Shown here: one piece after another, positions 49,900-60,969 of the stretch
Numbering within the stretch: position 1 is the stretch's first letter
Layout: every line of letters begins with the position of its first letter
Source: Candidatus Poribacteria bacterium
GTDB lineage: Bacteria > Poribacteria > WGA-4E > PCPOR2b
NCBI GenBank assembly: GCA_965208325.1
Contig: OZ242326.1
Span: 3,232,001 to 3,296,000 of the forward strand
DNA: 64,000 nucleotides
Direction of reading: 5' to 3'
Position numbers and translations under genes: made by a program
Notes under the pieces: generated by a model
What the model was told of the DNA's origin: nothing
The model's input: only the letters and a program-made list of their open reading frames with translations
Database searches by the model: none

Positions 49900-50766
49900 T
49901 CGGTGATATTCCTTTCTGGTTAAATTTTGTCGGGTTCAATAAAAATGCCTCCAAACCTGCGTCTGCAATACATGCTCTTATAGACTGACACTTTTCGTAA
50001 ATTGGGGCGGCTGTACCTTGTGGATTGGCAACATTGGAAACTCTCGGTTGAGCGAAGAGTTGTTGTAATTCGATGGTTCATCGCGAATGCGGGGCAAGAT
50101 GCCCCGCCTACGATGGGTAAAACGTCTGAATATGCCCTTCGGCGCCCAGTGAATCGGGCAACTACAATCTGAAGTTTGTAAGTCCTAACTGACACAAAAT
50201 GGCTGCTATGTTAATTAGACACCTTCATGGACAAAGATATGTTGTCAAATTCAGATTAGCGGGCATATTATACCTGATTATAGTTTTCAGTGTCAAAACC
50301 GTGCCCTCGTTAGCTTATACGAATAACCCAAAAAAAGCCCCCTTCAGAACTGATGATGGCCTACGGAAAAGGATTTTCATTAAGAGATTTAAGGTTTGTA
50401 ACATCGCCTGTTCTAATGCCATAATTCATTGTTAAATTTTCACAAACTTAGAATGAGTCTTGTCAGATTAATTCCCTACAAGATATGATATGAATATTGG
50501 ATTTAGTTTTATTGAAAGCAAAAAATTTTATCCGTTTTAAGCTTATTACAAAAAATTAGGAGATCTTTAGTTGAGAGATGTTTTTCCTTGAGGGTTAAAA
50601 CACGGTTGGGATAGGGGTTTGCGACGGGTTAAAGATTTCATCAATGATGGGGAAATTAAGGAAAGGAATTAGGAAGAAAACAAATATGGTAAGGTGTTCG
50701 GAGGGACAAAAAAAGGCGGTTAACAAGCTCAATCCAAAATCTACTGTGAAAAACTTGTTATCCGCC

Positions 50767-51081
50767 TTAATGGTTTGAACGACTATTTCCAAAAGTCCCG
50801 TGTTGTGCTAGGTGATTAAGATGGTCTTCTCTATTTGCGCGAATATCATCACGCAGGGGCGAAATTAGTTCCTTCAGGCTTGCTATATCGTCCTTTGTTG
50901 CTGTGGCTTCAATCCGCTTGATTAGTCTCTCTTCTAATCCTTTGAAATCGCCTCTTATAGTAGCTACATCAGCGTTGTTTGGTACGTTTAACCACAAAAA
51001 AGCTGCTGCACCAATTATTGTGCAAGCAATTGCAATAGTTTTCCACCACGTAAACCCATCACGACCTCCATTATCCTCCAT
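50767..51081 (-). CDS. Small membrane-anchored coiled-coil protein in an AT-rich patch
   Basis: TM helix then ATKDDIASLK; AAGGA RBS. Confidence 0.6.
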   Translation of the reverse strand: MEDNGGRDGFTWWKTIAIACTIIGAAAFLWLNVPNNADVATIRGDFKGLEERLIKRIEATATKDDIASLKELISPLRDDIRANREDHLNHLAQHGTFGNSRSNH

Positions 51082-51626
51082 ATTGGGTTATCCTTTCTTT
51101 TGATTCTGGTGATTTGGTTTGAAAATGAGTTTCGCGTAATGGTTATGTTGGGTGTATTTCCTCGTTTTGCTACAAGAATACTAAAATCATTAGAATAATG
51201 TCAGATAATTCTACATAATGTAGGCAATTATTGTCAAGTTATTTCTTTTAACTAACGCAAGTTCTGATTGATTCTGAGCGAAACTAGATGCCTTCCGGAG
51301 TAAATCCCAAAAACGAGAATTTTTGTAAGAGTCGTAAAAACAATTTCCTTCACCTATACGCTAAAGCGTTCGTCTATGGGCAAAATCGACGAGGCATCTG
51401 AATCACACGCTCTATTTCGGAAATATTTTTTGCAATTTTTTGTTCATGTTGAAATCTCCCCTCAAACTGTACCTTCGCGGGTTTGGTTTAGTATTGCTAA
51501 ATTACTGATAAACATCACTCAGACAACCCTTCAAAAATTGAATTTATATATGTAAGTGTTCTCGGCAGAATTCATGAAAATGCCGGACTGTTCCGTTGCG
51601 CGCCGAAGAGGAACAGCGGTTAAGAG

Positions 51627-53027
51627 CTAATCCGCCTTCACGTTTGGAGCAGTCATTTTACTGGGTACGACAGTTTGATCGAATTCTGCGGCGGTCAAGA
51701 GGTTCAGTTCGAGGGCAACCTGCCGCAACGTTTTGCCTTCTGTGTGTGCGGTTTTCGCTACGAGTGCGGCGTTGCCGCAGCCAATTTTGGGCGAGAGCGC
51801 GGTTACGAGCATAAGGGAGTCGTTCAGATAACTATTGATTTTGTGTAAGTTCGGACGAATGCCGTGCACACAGTTTTGGGCGAATGAGTTGCAAACGTCG
51901 CCCAAAAGGCGAATTGACTGCAAGGCGTTAAAAGCGATTACGGGCATAAACGCATTGAGTTCAAAGTTGCCGGAAGCGCCGGCTACGGCGATGGCGGTAT
52001 CGTTTCCGATAACCTGCGCGCAAACCATAGTCATTGCTTCACACTGCGTTGGATTGGTCTTGCCCGGCATGATGGAGCTCGCCAATCCATCTGCCGGCAG
52101 GATAAGTTCTCCAATTCCGCAGTGCGGGCCGCTCGCTAGCCACCGGATGTCGTTTGCAATCTTATTGAGCGAACACGCCAGCGTTTTGAACGCGCCGCTG
52201 GCTTCGACAACAGCATCTCGTGCAGCAAGGGCTTCAAACGTATTAGGCGCCGTTACAAAAGGGAGTCCGGTAAGCCTTGCTATTGACGCCGCAGCATTTA
52301 CCGCGAATTCGGGGCGAGTGTTTAAACCGGTGCCGACTGCGGTTCCGCCAATCGGCAATTCATAAAGATGAGCGAGGCAGTCATCCATTGCGCGGAGCGC
52401 ATGAGTCAACTGGGATGCGTATCCTGAGAACTCTTGCCCGAGCGTTAGCGGTGTTGCATCTTGCAGGTGGGTGCGCCCAATCTTCACGATGTCTTTGAAG
52501 GCTTCGGCTTGGTTGGCGAGCGCATTCTCCAAACGTGTCACTGCGGGAATAAGCCGATGGTGAATACTCTCCACCATGGCAACGTGGATAGCGGTTGGAA
52601 ACGAGTCATTGGACGACTGAGACCTGTTAACATGGCGGTTCGGATTGATGGGATTGTTACTGCCCAAATCCCCGCCCAGCAGCTCAATCGCCCGGTTGGC
52701 AATCACTTCGTTGACGTTTATATTCGTCTGAGCGCCGTTGCCGGCTTGCCAGACGACAAGGGGAAAATGGTCATCAAGTGTACCGTCAATCACCTCTTGA
52801 GCGGCTGCCATGATAACTTCCGCTTTGGCTTGTTCCAATTCCCCCAATTGGGTGTTTACTTCAGCGGCGGCATACTTCACGATTCCAAGCGCCCGAATCA
52901 TCTCCCGCGGGAATCGCTCACCGCCGATCCTAAAATTGTGAAGTGAGCGTTGGGTTTGCGCTCCCCAGTACCGATCCGCAGGAATTTCAACTTTGCCCAG
53001 ACTGTCTGTCTCGAGTCGCGTGTGCAT
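51627..53027 (-). CDS. fumC: Class II fumarate hydratase
   Basis: [39 protein letters not shown]. Confidence 0.95.
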   Translation of the reverse strand: MHTRLETDSLGKVEIPADRYWGAQTQRSLHNFRIGGERFPREMIRALGIVKYAAAEVNTQLGELEQAKAEVIMAAAQEVIDGTLDDHFPLVVWQAGNGAQTNINVNEVIANRAIELLGGDLGSNNPINPNRHVNRSQSSNDSFPTAIHVAMVESIHHRLIPAVTRLENALANQAEAFKDIVKIGRTHLQDATPLTLGQEFSGYASQLTHALRAMDDCLAHLYELPIGGTAVGTGLNTRPEFAVNAAASIARLTGLPFVTAPNTFEALAARDAVVEASGAFKTLACSLNKIANDIRWLASGPHCGIGELILPADGLASSIMPGKTNPTQCEAMTMVCAQVIGNDTAIAVAGASGNFELNAFMPVIAFNALQSIRLLGDVCNSFAQNCVHGIRPNLHKINSYLNDSLMLVTALSPKIGCGNAALVAKTAHTEGKTLRQVALELNLLTAAEFDQTVVPSKMTAPNVKAD

Positions 53028-53339
53028 CTATCTCTCTAATTCACCTCTATTTCAATGCCGCTAAGAACCTCCGTAACCGTGTCGCTTTAGCTATGCTTTG
53101 GTAAAGCAAGAAGAATCTCTGCGGAGCATAAACCGGTTATATTCGTCAATAGTATGGCGAGGACATCACGGGATGTAAACTCGTTTGGGCACGTTGTCTT
53201 GGGGAGTAAGTTTCGGATACGGAAACAGATAAAGCCGCTGGCATCTACAGATATTTGCGGCTTTCGTCTTAATATAAGTTTGTAGAATAACCATCCCACC
53301 CTCGACAAGCACATGCTGCGCGGCGACGATGAGAAGGCG

Positions 53340-54302
53340 CTAAGGGGTATTAAGTCCGGTGCAGCGAAACCCGCGGAAGTTTTGGTTGTCCGAGGGGTCG
53401 TAGTTTAGGCGGAGCGCCACAGGCAGGTGGATGGGAATATCGAACCAAGACGCGCCGCGCAACACACGATCCGATGTTATGCCCCTGAGGTAGCCGTTCG
53501 CAAAGTCGAGCAACCCCCCAGCCACCGGATTGTTCTTTGGGCCGGTGGTATAGTAACCTGCTTGGTACTGATCCATACACCATTCCCAGACATTTCCAGC
53601 CATATCGTGCAAACCGTAGCCGTTGGGCGAAAAACTGCCAACAGGGGCGGTACGCGCGAAACCGTCATCATACCCTTCAAAGACCGTCCAACTGGGAAAG
53701 GCTCTCTTTGCAGCTTCATCAGCCAAGTTTCCTGCGCCTGGGGGCGGGGTCGGCGAATCGCCCCACACGTAACGTTTCCCCACCAACCCGCCTCGGGCGG
53801 CTTTTTCCCACTGGGCTTCGGTTGGAAGCTGCTTCCCCGCCCATTTGGCGTAAGCGACGGCGTCATGCCAATTGACACCGACGACCGGGTAATTGGGTTG
53901 GTTGTATTGTGAATCATTCCAATACGGCGGCGCCCGGTGACCCTTAGCCTCCATGAATTTTTTGTATTGGGCGTTTGTCACTTCATATACATCCATGTAA
54001 AAATCGTCTAGATATACCGTGTGTACGGGAAGGTCGTCGTCAGCACCGTCATCGAAATGGTCTCCCATTTGAAACTCACCGGCGGGAACCAGGCGCATCA
54101 ATGCTCCGTCGGACGGGGATGTAATCTCCACAGGCAGTTCTTCTGCGGCACCGTCGCCATAAGTTCCGATATTGGCGGCAAAGAACACGGCCATTACTAA
54201 CAGCATTAGCATTGAAATCAGCGAGGTCGGGGTTGGGGAGAAAGGCGGCTGGATACAATGGACGACTTTTGTCACGAATCTTGTGAAGGCCTGGTATATC
54301 AT
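53340..54302 (-). CDS. Formylglycine-generating enzyme (SUMF1) family protein; start uncertain (54212 possible)
   Basis: EVTNAQY, LPTEAQWEKAARGG, NGYGLHDMAGNVWEW, GFRC. Confidence 0.92.
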   Translation of the reverse strand: MIYQAFTRFVTKVVHCIQPPFSPTPTSLISMLMLLVMAVFFAANIGTYGDGAAEELPVEITSPSDGALMRLVPAGEFQMGDHFDDGADDDLPVHTVYLDDFYMDVYEVTNAQYKKFMEAKGHRAPPYWNDSQYNQPNYPVVGVNWHDAVAYAKWAGKQLPTEAQWEKAARGGLVGKRYVWGDSPTPPPGAGNLADEAAKRAFPSWTVFEGYDDGFARTAPVGSFSPNGYGLHDMAGNVWEWCMDQYQAGYYTTGPKNNPVAGGLLDFANGYLRGITSDRVLRGASWFDIPIHLPVALRLNYDPSDNQNFRGFRCTGLNTP

Positions 54303-54354
54303 GGGAAGGGTTGAATGAAACGGGCGCTGCCACCGCCGATGCAGGCGGGTGCAG

Positions 54355-55200
54355 CTACGGCCGACGAGTTTGCTCATTAACTGATTGAGAAATCCTTACG
54401 TCGTGGTACGCTGACAAGAAAACAGGCTGATTATACTGTGCTAACACGCGATATTCTTCCTCTTTCCCACACAACCAGTAGAACATCTCGGCGGCGTCAT
54501 TGATTGCGCGGTGGTATTCGCGGTGATAGTTGGGACCTGCGGGCAGACCTTTTGCACGCGAGGGCTGGAAATCCGGCTCGCGAATCCAGTCGCGCTCGGG
54601 CGGCACAGTTCTCGTATAGCCATACTTCGACAGATTTCGGACGGCCTTCACGGTGGATGCGGTGCGGCGGTGCCAAACGGTGTAGGCGGATAAGAAGATA
54701 GAACCTGCCGGGGCAGCGGTGGAAAATGCGCCCTTAATGCTGCCGTAATGCGCCATAGAAGGGATTCCGTCGGCGATGAGAAAATGAGAACCCGGCAGCA
54801 GCTCGGTCGGGCCGAGCTCGGGCGGCGTGTCCTGGGGATAGTAGAATCCCAGCAGACTGTCCAGTTTGGGACCGAACACGGCGCCGCCATCTACATGCCA
54901 GGGACCTGCGGGCATGGGGCAATCAGCGCGGTGTCCTTCGCCCAAGTGAAATGGATACGTGAAATTTTTCCCCAATAGCGATCGTGCCGCCCCCGCCGCC
55001 TGCGGATTTAGGAACACATTCTCGACGACCCCGTCTATGGTCGCGGCGTTACTTCCCCTCGGCTGCGTTGCGAAAAATTTAACCACCTGCCGGTTGATTT
55101 CATCGGGAACGACAGCTTCCAGCATCAGGAAACCCTTTCTACAAAATTCCAGCACCTGCGAGTCCGTCAGAGTTGGTTCGCAGTCGTATGTATTCTCCAT
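54355..55200 (-). CDS. Phytanoyl-CoA dioxygenase (PhyH) family Fe/2OG enzyme
   Basis: WHVD, GPTELLPGSH, WHRR. Confidence 0.88.
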   Translation of the reverse strand: MENTYDCEPTLTDSQVLEFCRKGFLMLEAVVPDEINRQVVKFFATQPRGSNAATIDGVVENVFLNPQAAGAARSLLGKNFTYPFHLGEGHRADCPMPAGPWHVDGGAVFGPKLDSLLGFYYPQDTPPELGPTELLPGSHFLIADGIPSMAHYGSIKGAFSTAAPAGSIFLSAYTVWHRRTASTVKAVRNLSKYGYTRTVPPERDWIREPDFQPSRAKGLPAGPNYHREYHRAINDAAEMFYWLCGKEEEYRVLAQYNQPVFLSAYHDVRISQSVNEQTRRP

Positions 55201-55574
55201 AGTGAGTTTTCTCCAAGCCGCGATAGCTCATCCTATTGGAACGTAACGCGGCGACCGTCGCGTTGAGTAGAGTTGGCGTTAATCGAATATTTAATTCAAT
55301 TAGTTTACTACAAAGGACAATTTGTTGTCGAGAAAAAAACACTGCGGTTTTCAAAAGCAGAGGCACATTAGCACCAATTTCTTTCAGCTGCGGAATTTAC
55401 TATTGTTATATTTTTCGAATCATGTTATATTTAAGGTGTAGAAATATAGTGCGTTGGTGCGATGCATGAACATGTCAGCCAAATCCCGATGGAGGATTAG
55501 GCGCACTAATGATTCCAATAATTTTGCCTGGTGGCGGGAAAGTTGATTCATCGGCATAATCGGGAGGTAAAACA

Positions 55575-56354
55575 ATGTTAAACAGAATGTACGCTATATT
55601 TTTCGCCGTTGCCGTTTTAGCCACGCTGGCATGGTATACGGCGGGCGCCCAAATCGTCGAAGATGGGCTTGTGAGCTACTGGCGTTTAGATGAAGAAAAG
55701 GGCGGCGAAATCCGGGACGAGGTTGGGCCGAACCATGGGACAATCAGAGGCAACCCAAAATTTGTTGAAGGCGTATCCGGAAAAGCCCTGCAGTTTTTTG
55801 GGCGCGATGCCGTGTTTTTTGAAAACGTAGGTTTCCCAAATGGGAATGCGGCTACGACATGGTCCGCTTGGTTTAAACGAGAATCCAGTGCTCCATTGTC
55901 TCAGTATATTGTTACATACGGCCAATGGAGAGGCCCTGGCGGTGAAGGTTTCGGCATTGGGACTGGGCATAATAGGGCTGATCGGCTCTTTATGACGCAA
56001 TGGGGCCCGAATTTTGATACGTTTGGCCCCGATATCACGACGTTCGACGAATGGCACTATGTCACGGCTGTCTATGACGGAAAGTTGCACAATACCCTGT
56101 ATTTGAACGGGGAAGTGGTGGCTGAAAAAGATCTACACCTCAAGCCAAACGTACCCAATAATAATCAGGGGGTCATTGGCGCAAATACGAATTTCGATGA
56201 GTCAATGGAGGGTTTCATTGACGAAGTCGGACTTTATGATCGCGCCTTAACTGCAGACGAAGTATTACAGAACTTCAATTCGGACATAGAGTTCGGGGTG
56301 AATCCCGCCGGGAAGGTATCGACCACATGGGGTAAACTCAAAGCGAGACCGTAA
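55575..56354 (+). CDS. Secreted LamG/concanavalin-like domain protein
   Basis: GLVSYWRLDE, WHYVTAVYDG, GFIDEVGLYDRALT; C-tail GKVSTTWGKLK. Confidence 0.92.
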   Translation: MLNRMYAIFFAVAVLATLAWYTAGAQIVEDGLVSYWRLDEEKGGEIRDEVGPNHGTIRGNPKFVEGVSGKALQFFGRDAVFFENVGFPNGNAATTWSAWFKRESSAPLSQYIVTYGQWRGPGGEGFGIGTGHNRADRLFMTQWGPNFDTFGPDITTFDEWHYVTAVYDGKLHNTLYLNGEVVAEKDLHLKPNVPNNNQGVIGANTNFDESMEGFIDEVGLYDRALTADEVLQNFNSDIEFGVNPAGKVSTTWGKLKARP

Positions 56355-56598
56355 TCCCCATTTTATTTGAACCGTAGCGGCGGCGACAGCCGTTCATTAA
56401 AACAAGAGCGAATATTCGCTTGGCACGCAATCAATTGTGTGCTAGAATAACCATTCTTCTGATTAACGGAATTTTGCCGGCGGACTTCAATCCATTAGCG
56501 CGGCAAAATTAGACAAACTAGCTAACAATCATTCAGCTTAAATTTTTCGGACTTTTCGAGATGGCGAAGGTCCAAATGGTTTAAGGAGGAACATAAAG

Positions 56599-57357
56599 AT
56601 GTATAAAAGCATAGCGATTCTTTTTGTGGTGGTAGTAGCGGTCGCGTTTGCTATTACCGCAGGCGCACAAGTCGTCACAGACGGACTTGTGAGTTATTGG
56701 TCTTTCGAGGATGGCGACATCTCGGACCAAGTTGGAACTAACGACGGCACGGTCGTGGGTGATCCCGAGACGGTCGCTGGGCACGTCGGTGCGAATGCAA
56801 TGAAATTTGACGGGGATGATGCTATAACTTTCCCCATGGACGGTTTCCCTACCGGAAACGAACCCAGGACCTTTTCGGGTTGGTTTAAGAGAGAAGTCAG
56901 CGACGGCGGTGCGTCTCAGTATATCGCTTCGTACGGCACTTGGGATGGGAAAGGCAACGGCTTTGGCGTAGCGACGCGCGACAACGATAAGATATTTATT
57001 GCCCAATGGGGGCTTGATACGGTAGGCCCTACGGTTTCTCTAGGGGAGTGGCACTACGTGGCGGCTGTCTATGATGGAACTGCGGATATTATATATCTGG
57101 ACGGAGCAGAGGTCACAAACAACGTTCTAGGTGAACCCATAAACACCCAAATGGGTAACGGCGCCATTGGAGCCAATCCTGACCCTAATGAATTCATGGA
57201 GGGTTTAATTGACGATGTCGGTCTTTATAACCGCGCACTCAGCGCTGAAGAAGCCACACAGAATTATGAAGCGCGCGCAGGACTGGAGTCAATGACATCC
57301 GTAGAGACGGCTGGAAAACTCACGTCCACATGGGCGAAAATGAAGAGCGGCAAATAG
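56599..57357 (+). CDS. Secreted LamG domain protein (paralogue)
   Basis: GLVSYWSFE, WHYVAAVYDG, GLIDDVGLYNRALS; C-tail GKLTSTWAKMK. Confidence 0.92.
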   Translation: MYKSIAILFVVVVAVAFAITAGAQVVTDGLVSYWSFEDGDISDQVGTNDGTVVGDPETVAGHVGANAMKFDGDDAITFPMDGFPTGNEPRTFSGWFKREVSDGGASQYIASYGTWDGKGNGFGVATRDNDKIFIAQWGLDTVGPTVSLGEWHYVAAVYDGTADIIYLDGAEVTNNVLGEPINTQMGNGAIGANPDPNEFMEGLIDDVGLYNRALSAEEATQNYEARAGLESMTSVETAGKLTSTWAKMKSGK

Positions 57358-57366
57358 CCAACTCTC

Positions 57367-57404
57367 AACCTTCGGAAGGTCTTAAACCTTCCGAAGGTTT
57401 TTTT
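57367..57404 (+). terminator. Intrinsic terminator
   Basis: AACCTTCGGAAGGT...ACCTTCCGAAGGTT followed by a T tract. Confidence 0.8.
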
Positions 57405-57474
57405 CACCAAATCTTAAAAATCCTTCCCGACGTTTCTTCCCAACGTCTCCGACACGCTTACCAAGCCGGTGCGA

Positions 57475-58314
57475 TTACGCGCCATTAACTTGGTCGACAA
57501 TCTCCCTGATTGGTGCAAGCGCGGCACTCACATCGCTCATGGTCGGAAAACACTCTAGCCCGAGAAAACCTTCGTAACCCGCGCGCTTCGCTGCTGTGAG
57601 AAAGTTCAGATAATTAATTTCGCCGGTGCCGGGTTCGTGGCGACCGGGTACGTCGGCGACATGGATGTGGCGAATCAGGTCGATGTCTTGCGTAAGGCTG
57701 TTTATCAAATTACCTTCGTTGATTTGATGATGATAAGCATCAAACGTCAATGCGACCGCCGGGCTGTCTACTTCTCTGACGATTGATACCCCTTCCCGCC
57801 AAGACGCAAGGTAGTAGTCCGCATGGTCGACCAATGTGTTTAGGCATTCCATTACGAGGGTCATCCCCTCCCCCTCCGCAATTGGCGCCACGGTTTTCAC
57901 TGCGCGGACTATGTTATCACGTTGGCGGCGGCGAAGGTCGCGTTGTTTCTGGTCGCGCTGGTATTCGTACCAAGGCTGTCCGGGCGTCCATTTCACCTCT
58001 TCAACCAGCAGCCCCAACAACGAACACCGCATTTGCCGGGCTAACTGACATGAATGGCGTACGGATTGAATTAAGGCATCGATCTGGTTTCCGTCGAGCA
58101 AACACAGTCGGGGCTGAACACTAATATTTGCGACAACCAAGTTGTTTCGCGTAACTCGTTCAGCGATGGTTGACATGTCTACTTCACCCGATGTCGCTTC
58201 CGGGTCAGGACCAAATTCAAGTGCGGACAGACCTAGCTCGGCCACCGCGTCAATACGGTCAACGAATTCGCGGTCGCGGAACATGAATTCAATATTCGCC
58301 GAAAGTTGCAGCAT
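57475..58314 (-). CDS. Hydroxypyruvate isomerase-like (Hyi/xylose isomerase TIM barrel) protein
   Basis: LSANIEFMF, ECLNT, FDAYHHQINEGNL, HVADVPGRHEPGTGEINY. Confidence 0.9.
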   Translation of the reverse strand: MLQLSANIEFMFRDREFVDRIDAVAELGLSALEFGPDPEATSGEVDMSTIAERVTRNNLVVANISVQPRLCLLDGNQIDALIQSVRHSCQLARQMRCSLLGLLVEEVKWTPGQPWYEYQRDQKQRDLRRRQRDNIVRAVKTVAPIAEGEGMTLVMECLNTLVDHADYYLASWREGVSIVREVDSPAVALTFDAYHHQINEGNLINSLTQDIDLIRHIHVADVPGRHEPGTGEINYLNFLTAAKRAGYEGFLGLECFPTMSDVSAALAPIREIVDQVNGA

Positions 58315-58349
58315 TTTACCTCCTTTTTGAAGCATACTACGCTTTTAAT

Positions 58350-58558
58350 TTACAGCCTGTTTGAATATTAGGTGACAAAAACCAATTTTGGGCGTTTGAG
58401 TTGCTATACCCGGTGGAACCGTTATCGCGCGGGGCAAGGAAGATCTCTATCGCACTCCCTATTCAGCCGCTTGATCCCCGCCTACGGAGGGTAGTGGCGT
58501 ACTATACGCCTGCCGCCCCTCTGGGGCTGTATGAAATGAATTTTCAAACAGGTTCTTA
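58350..58558. mobile_element. MITE-like element carrying REP modules
   Basis: Ends TTACAGCCTGTTTGAATATT / AATTTTCAAACAGGTTCTTA (16/20). Confidence 0.6.
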
Positions 58559-58594
58559 AGGCGAGCCATGTCCTGTTAGGCGCATGAGTTCAAC

Positions 58595-59509
58595 TTAAAC
58601 GGGCTCCTGCTTCGACCACACGCGCTCATCGGTGATGTCACCGGGAAAGCCTCGAACGACGCCATCAAGCCCTTTGTGCGGGCTGGGCCAGCACTGCCCG
58701 CCCATTACCGCGAACTCGCCGCCTTTCCCGCACAACCAGAAGAAAAGTTCAGCCGCGTCGTTGCAGTCTCTGGTGGGCGGACGCGTGGTGGGGCGATCGA
58801 AGAACTCATAGTCTGCGGTTCGCAAATCGAAATCCGGTTCAATAACCCAATCTCGGACTGGCGGCGTCGTCCGCCAATAGTTGAAGCGGAACAGATGCCG
58901 AAGACCCTTTGCCGTCGATGGAGTGCGGCGGTGCCACAGGTTATATGACATAATCAGGATAGAGCCGGCTGGCGCGTCCGGCGGTGCAAAATACACGGTA
59001 CCCTTGAGATTGCCGTAATGGCCAACGGGCGCGGAGGCTAGGTGATGGGAGCCCGGCAGAATCGCCGTGGGGCCATTCTCCATGGGCACATCCTCCGGGT
59101 GGTAGAAGACTTCGAGGTAGTTCAATTTCTTTTCAAGGACGTAATTACCGTCGCGGTGCCAACCTCCCGGCTTCGGCATGGGTATTTCTGCGCGGTGGTC
59201 GCTGATAATGTTGGGGAGCGTAAAGCCGCTCCCGAGCAGCGATCGTACCGCCCCGGCTGCTTCAGCGTTGAGTAATACATGCTCGACGAACCAATCCTCG
59301 TGCAGCAGAGGGAGGTGAAATTCAATTTCGCCTGATCGCCGCGGCGCCCGGTATTCGGGCCGAGTCTCAGCAATTTCGTTTGTGTATTGTATGACTCGCC
59401 GGTTAATCTCATTCGGCACGATCGCCGGAAATAATATGTAGCCTTTCTTGCAGAAATCGAGAATCTGGGAGTCGGTCAACGTTGCGCGAATATCATCCGT
59501 TGTTCTCAT
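58595..59509 (-). CDS. PhyH family dioxygenase
   Basis: WHRD, GPTAILPGSH, WHRR. Confidence 0.88.
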   Translation of the reverse strand: MRTTDDIRATLTDSQILDFCKKGYILFPAIVPNEINRRVIQYTNEIAETRPEYRAPRRSGEIEFHLPLLHEDWFVEHVLLNAEAAGAVRSLLGSGFTLPNIISDHRAEIPMPKPGGWHRDGNYVLEKKLNYLEVFYHPEDVPMENGPTAILPGSHHLASAPVGHYGNLKGTVYFAPPDAPAGSILIMSYNLWHRRTPSTAKGLRHLFRFNYWRTTPPVRDWVIEPDFDLRTADYEFFDRPTTRPPTRDCNDAAELFFWLCGKGGEFAVMGGQCWPSPHKGLDGVVRGFPGDITDERVWSKQEPV

Positions 59510-59512
59510 TGC

Positions 59513-59884
59513 TCATCTCCACTTTTCAAGCACAAACTCGCCGCCGACCTCATAGGTCCGCGTTTCATCGATCCACAGGGCGAGTTCGGGAAACTTTATT
59601 ACACGCCAACCGTCTTGGATGGCATCAATCACGTTTTTGTACGGCCAGTCCTCCGGACGCAATGGGCCTTCGCTCATTTCGCCGTTGTCCAGCATCAACA
59701 TGCCGATTACACCTGAATTAATCGTCCACCCTTCCACCCGCAGGAACAACAATTGTTGCCGGGGCGGGTGTTCTTCCATGGCTTGGAGTATTCCATTCAG
59801 GCTAGCCTCCGTAAGAACTCCTTGCGCAAATTCCTCTTTACATCGATTGACTTGCGCTTTGATTTTACTGTATTCCCCCATCAT
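59513..59884 (-). CDS. Conserved hypothetical protein
   Basis: WPYKNVIDAIQDGWRVIKFP...EFVLEKW; tightly packed between the AKR and PhyH genes. Confidence 0.7.
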   Translation of the reverse strand: MMGEYSKIKAQVNRCKEEFAQGVLTEASLNGILQAMEEHPPRQQLLFLRVEGWTINSGVIGMLMLDNGEMSEGPLRPEDWPYKNVIDAIQDGWRVIKFPELALWIDETRTYEVGGEFVLEKWR

Positions 59885-60872
59885 CCTTCCCTTTGTGAGC
59901 TATCATGAATCCCCTGCTGTTGCTAAGGTAGTTCCTCCCATAATCATCATAGAGTGTTGCGGGCGTATTCTCAAGAATGGTATCGATTCGATCGAGTTCG
60001 TCAGCAGTGAACGCGACACCTGCCGCACCGAGATGTTCCGTGACCTGACCGGGGTGCTTTGCGCCGACGAGTACGCAACTGACCGACGGCAACCGCAGCA
60101 GCCACCCGACAGCCATTTGAATCAGTGAGAGGCCTTTGTCCGCCGCTATCTGTTTAAGTTGAACGGCAACATTGACGTAATGGGCAAACGGTTCCCCGCG
60201 GAAACGTGTAAGGCGCGCACGCTCGTCGTCTTCCGGGAATACATGGCCTACTCGGTAACGCCCGGTAAGCAATCCTTTCGCTAACGGACTGTGAGCCATG
60301 ACGCCGATTCCGTTACGTTCGCAGAAGGGGAGCACCTCCGCTTCTACGCGGCGGTCGAGCATGTTATAGCGCGGCTGGTTCGTATGGAGGGGGGCGGTCT
60401 TCAGGGCTTCCTCCATATGTTCGACCCAGAAGTTTGAAACGCCAATATAGCGTGTCTTGCCCTGCTCTCGAAGCCGTTCAAGGGCTTCCATTGTCTGATC
60501 AATCGGAAAGGACGGGTCAGGGTGGTGAATCTGATAGAGGTCAACATAATCTACATCCAGTTTGCGCAGGCTGTCGTCCATGGCGGCGTTAATTGCCGGC
60601 GGCGAGTAATCATTGTCCTGTTCGCGCCATACCTTGGTGGCGAGGAAACACCGATTGCGGTATCCATCCTTCAGCGCCTTGCCCAGCCGTTCCTCGCTCA
60701 CGCCGTACACTTGCGCCGTATCAATGAGGTTGATGCCGTTATCAATAGCGGCTCGTGTAATTGCGATTACGCTCTGATCGTCAATGGCTCCCATACCGCC
60801 GCCGAAGGGCCAGGTGCCAAGCCCTATAGCGGACACCTTGGTTCCGTCTCTCGTAAGTTGTCTGTATTCCAT
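59865..60872 (-). CDS. Aldo/keto reductase
   Basis: IGLGTW, DTAQVYG, DLYQIH, IGVSNF, SPLAKGLLTG. Confidence 0.95.
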   Translation of the reverse strand: MEYRQLTRDGTKVSAIGLGTWPFGGGMGAIDDQSVIAITRAAIDNGINLIDTAQVYGVSEERLGKALKDGYRNRCFLATKVWREQDNDYSPPAINAAMDDSLRKLDVDYVDLYQIHHPDPSFPIDQTMEALERLREQGKTRYIGVSNFWVEHMEEALKTAPLHTNQPRYNMLDRRVEAEVLPFCERNGIGVMAHSPLAKGLLTGRYRVGHVFPEDDERARLTRFRGEPFAHYVNVAVQLKQIAADKGLSLIQMAVGWLLRLPSVSCVLVGAKHPGQVTEHLGAAGVAFTADELDRIDTILENTPATLYDDYGRNYLSNSRGFMIAHKGKDDGGIQ

Positions 60873-60969
60873 AAAACAGGTCCGTAATAGTTCCCATTAA
60901 GATGATAATCAACGGGAAAACTCTGAGTTTGCCGCAGTGTGCGCCCTTACCGCGAATTTGAACGACACA

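Noticed and set aside
56421..56437. Sigma-54 promoter (TGGCACG) before the second LamG gene
   Set aside because: No GC at the -12 position.
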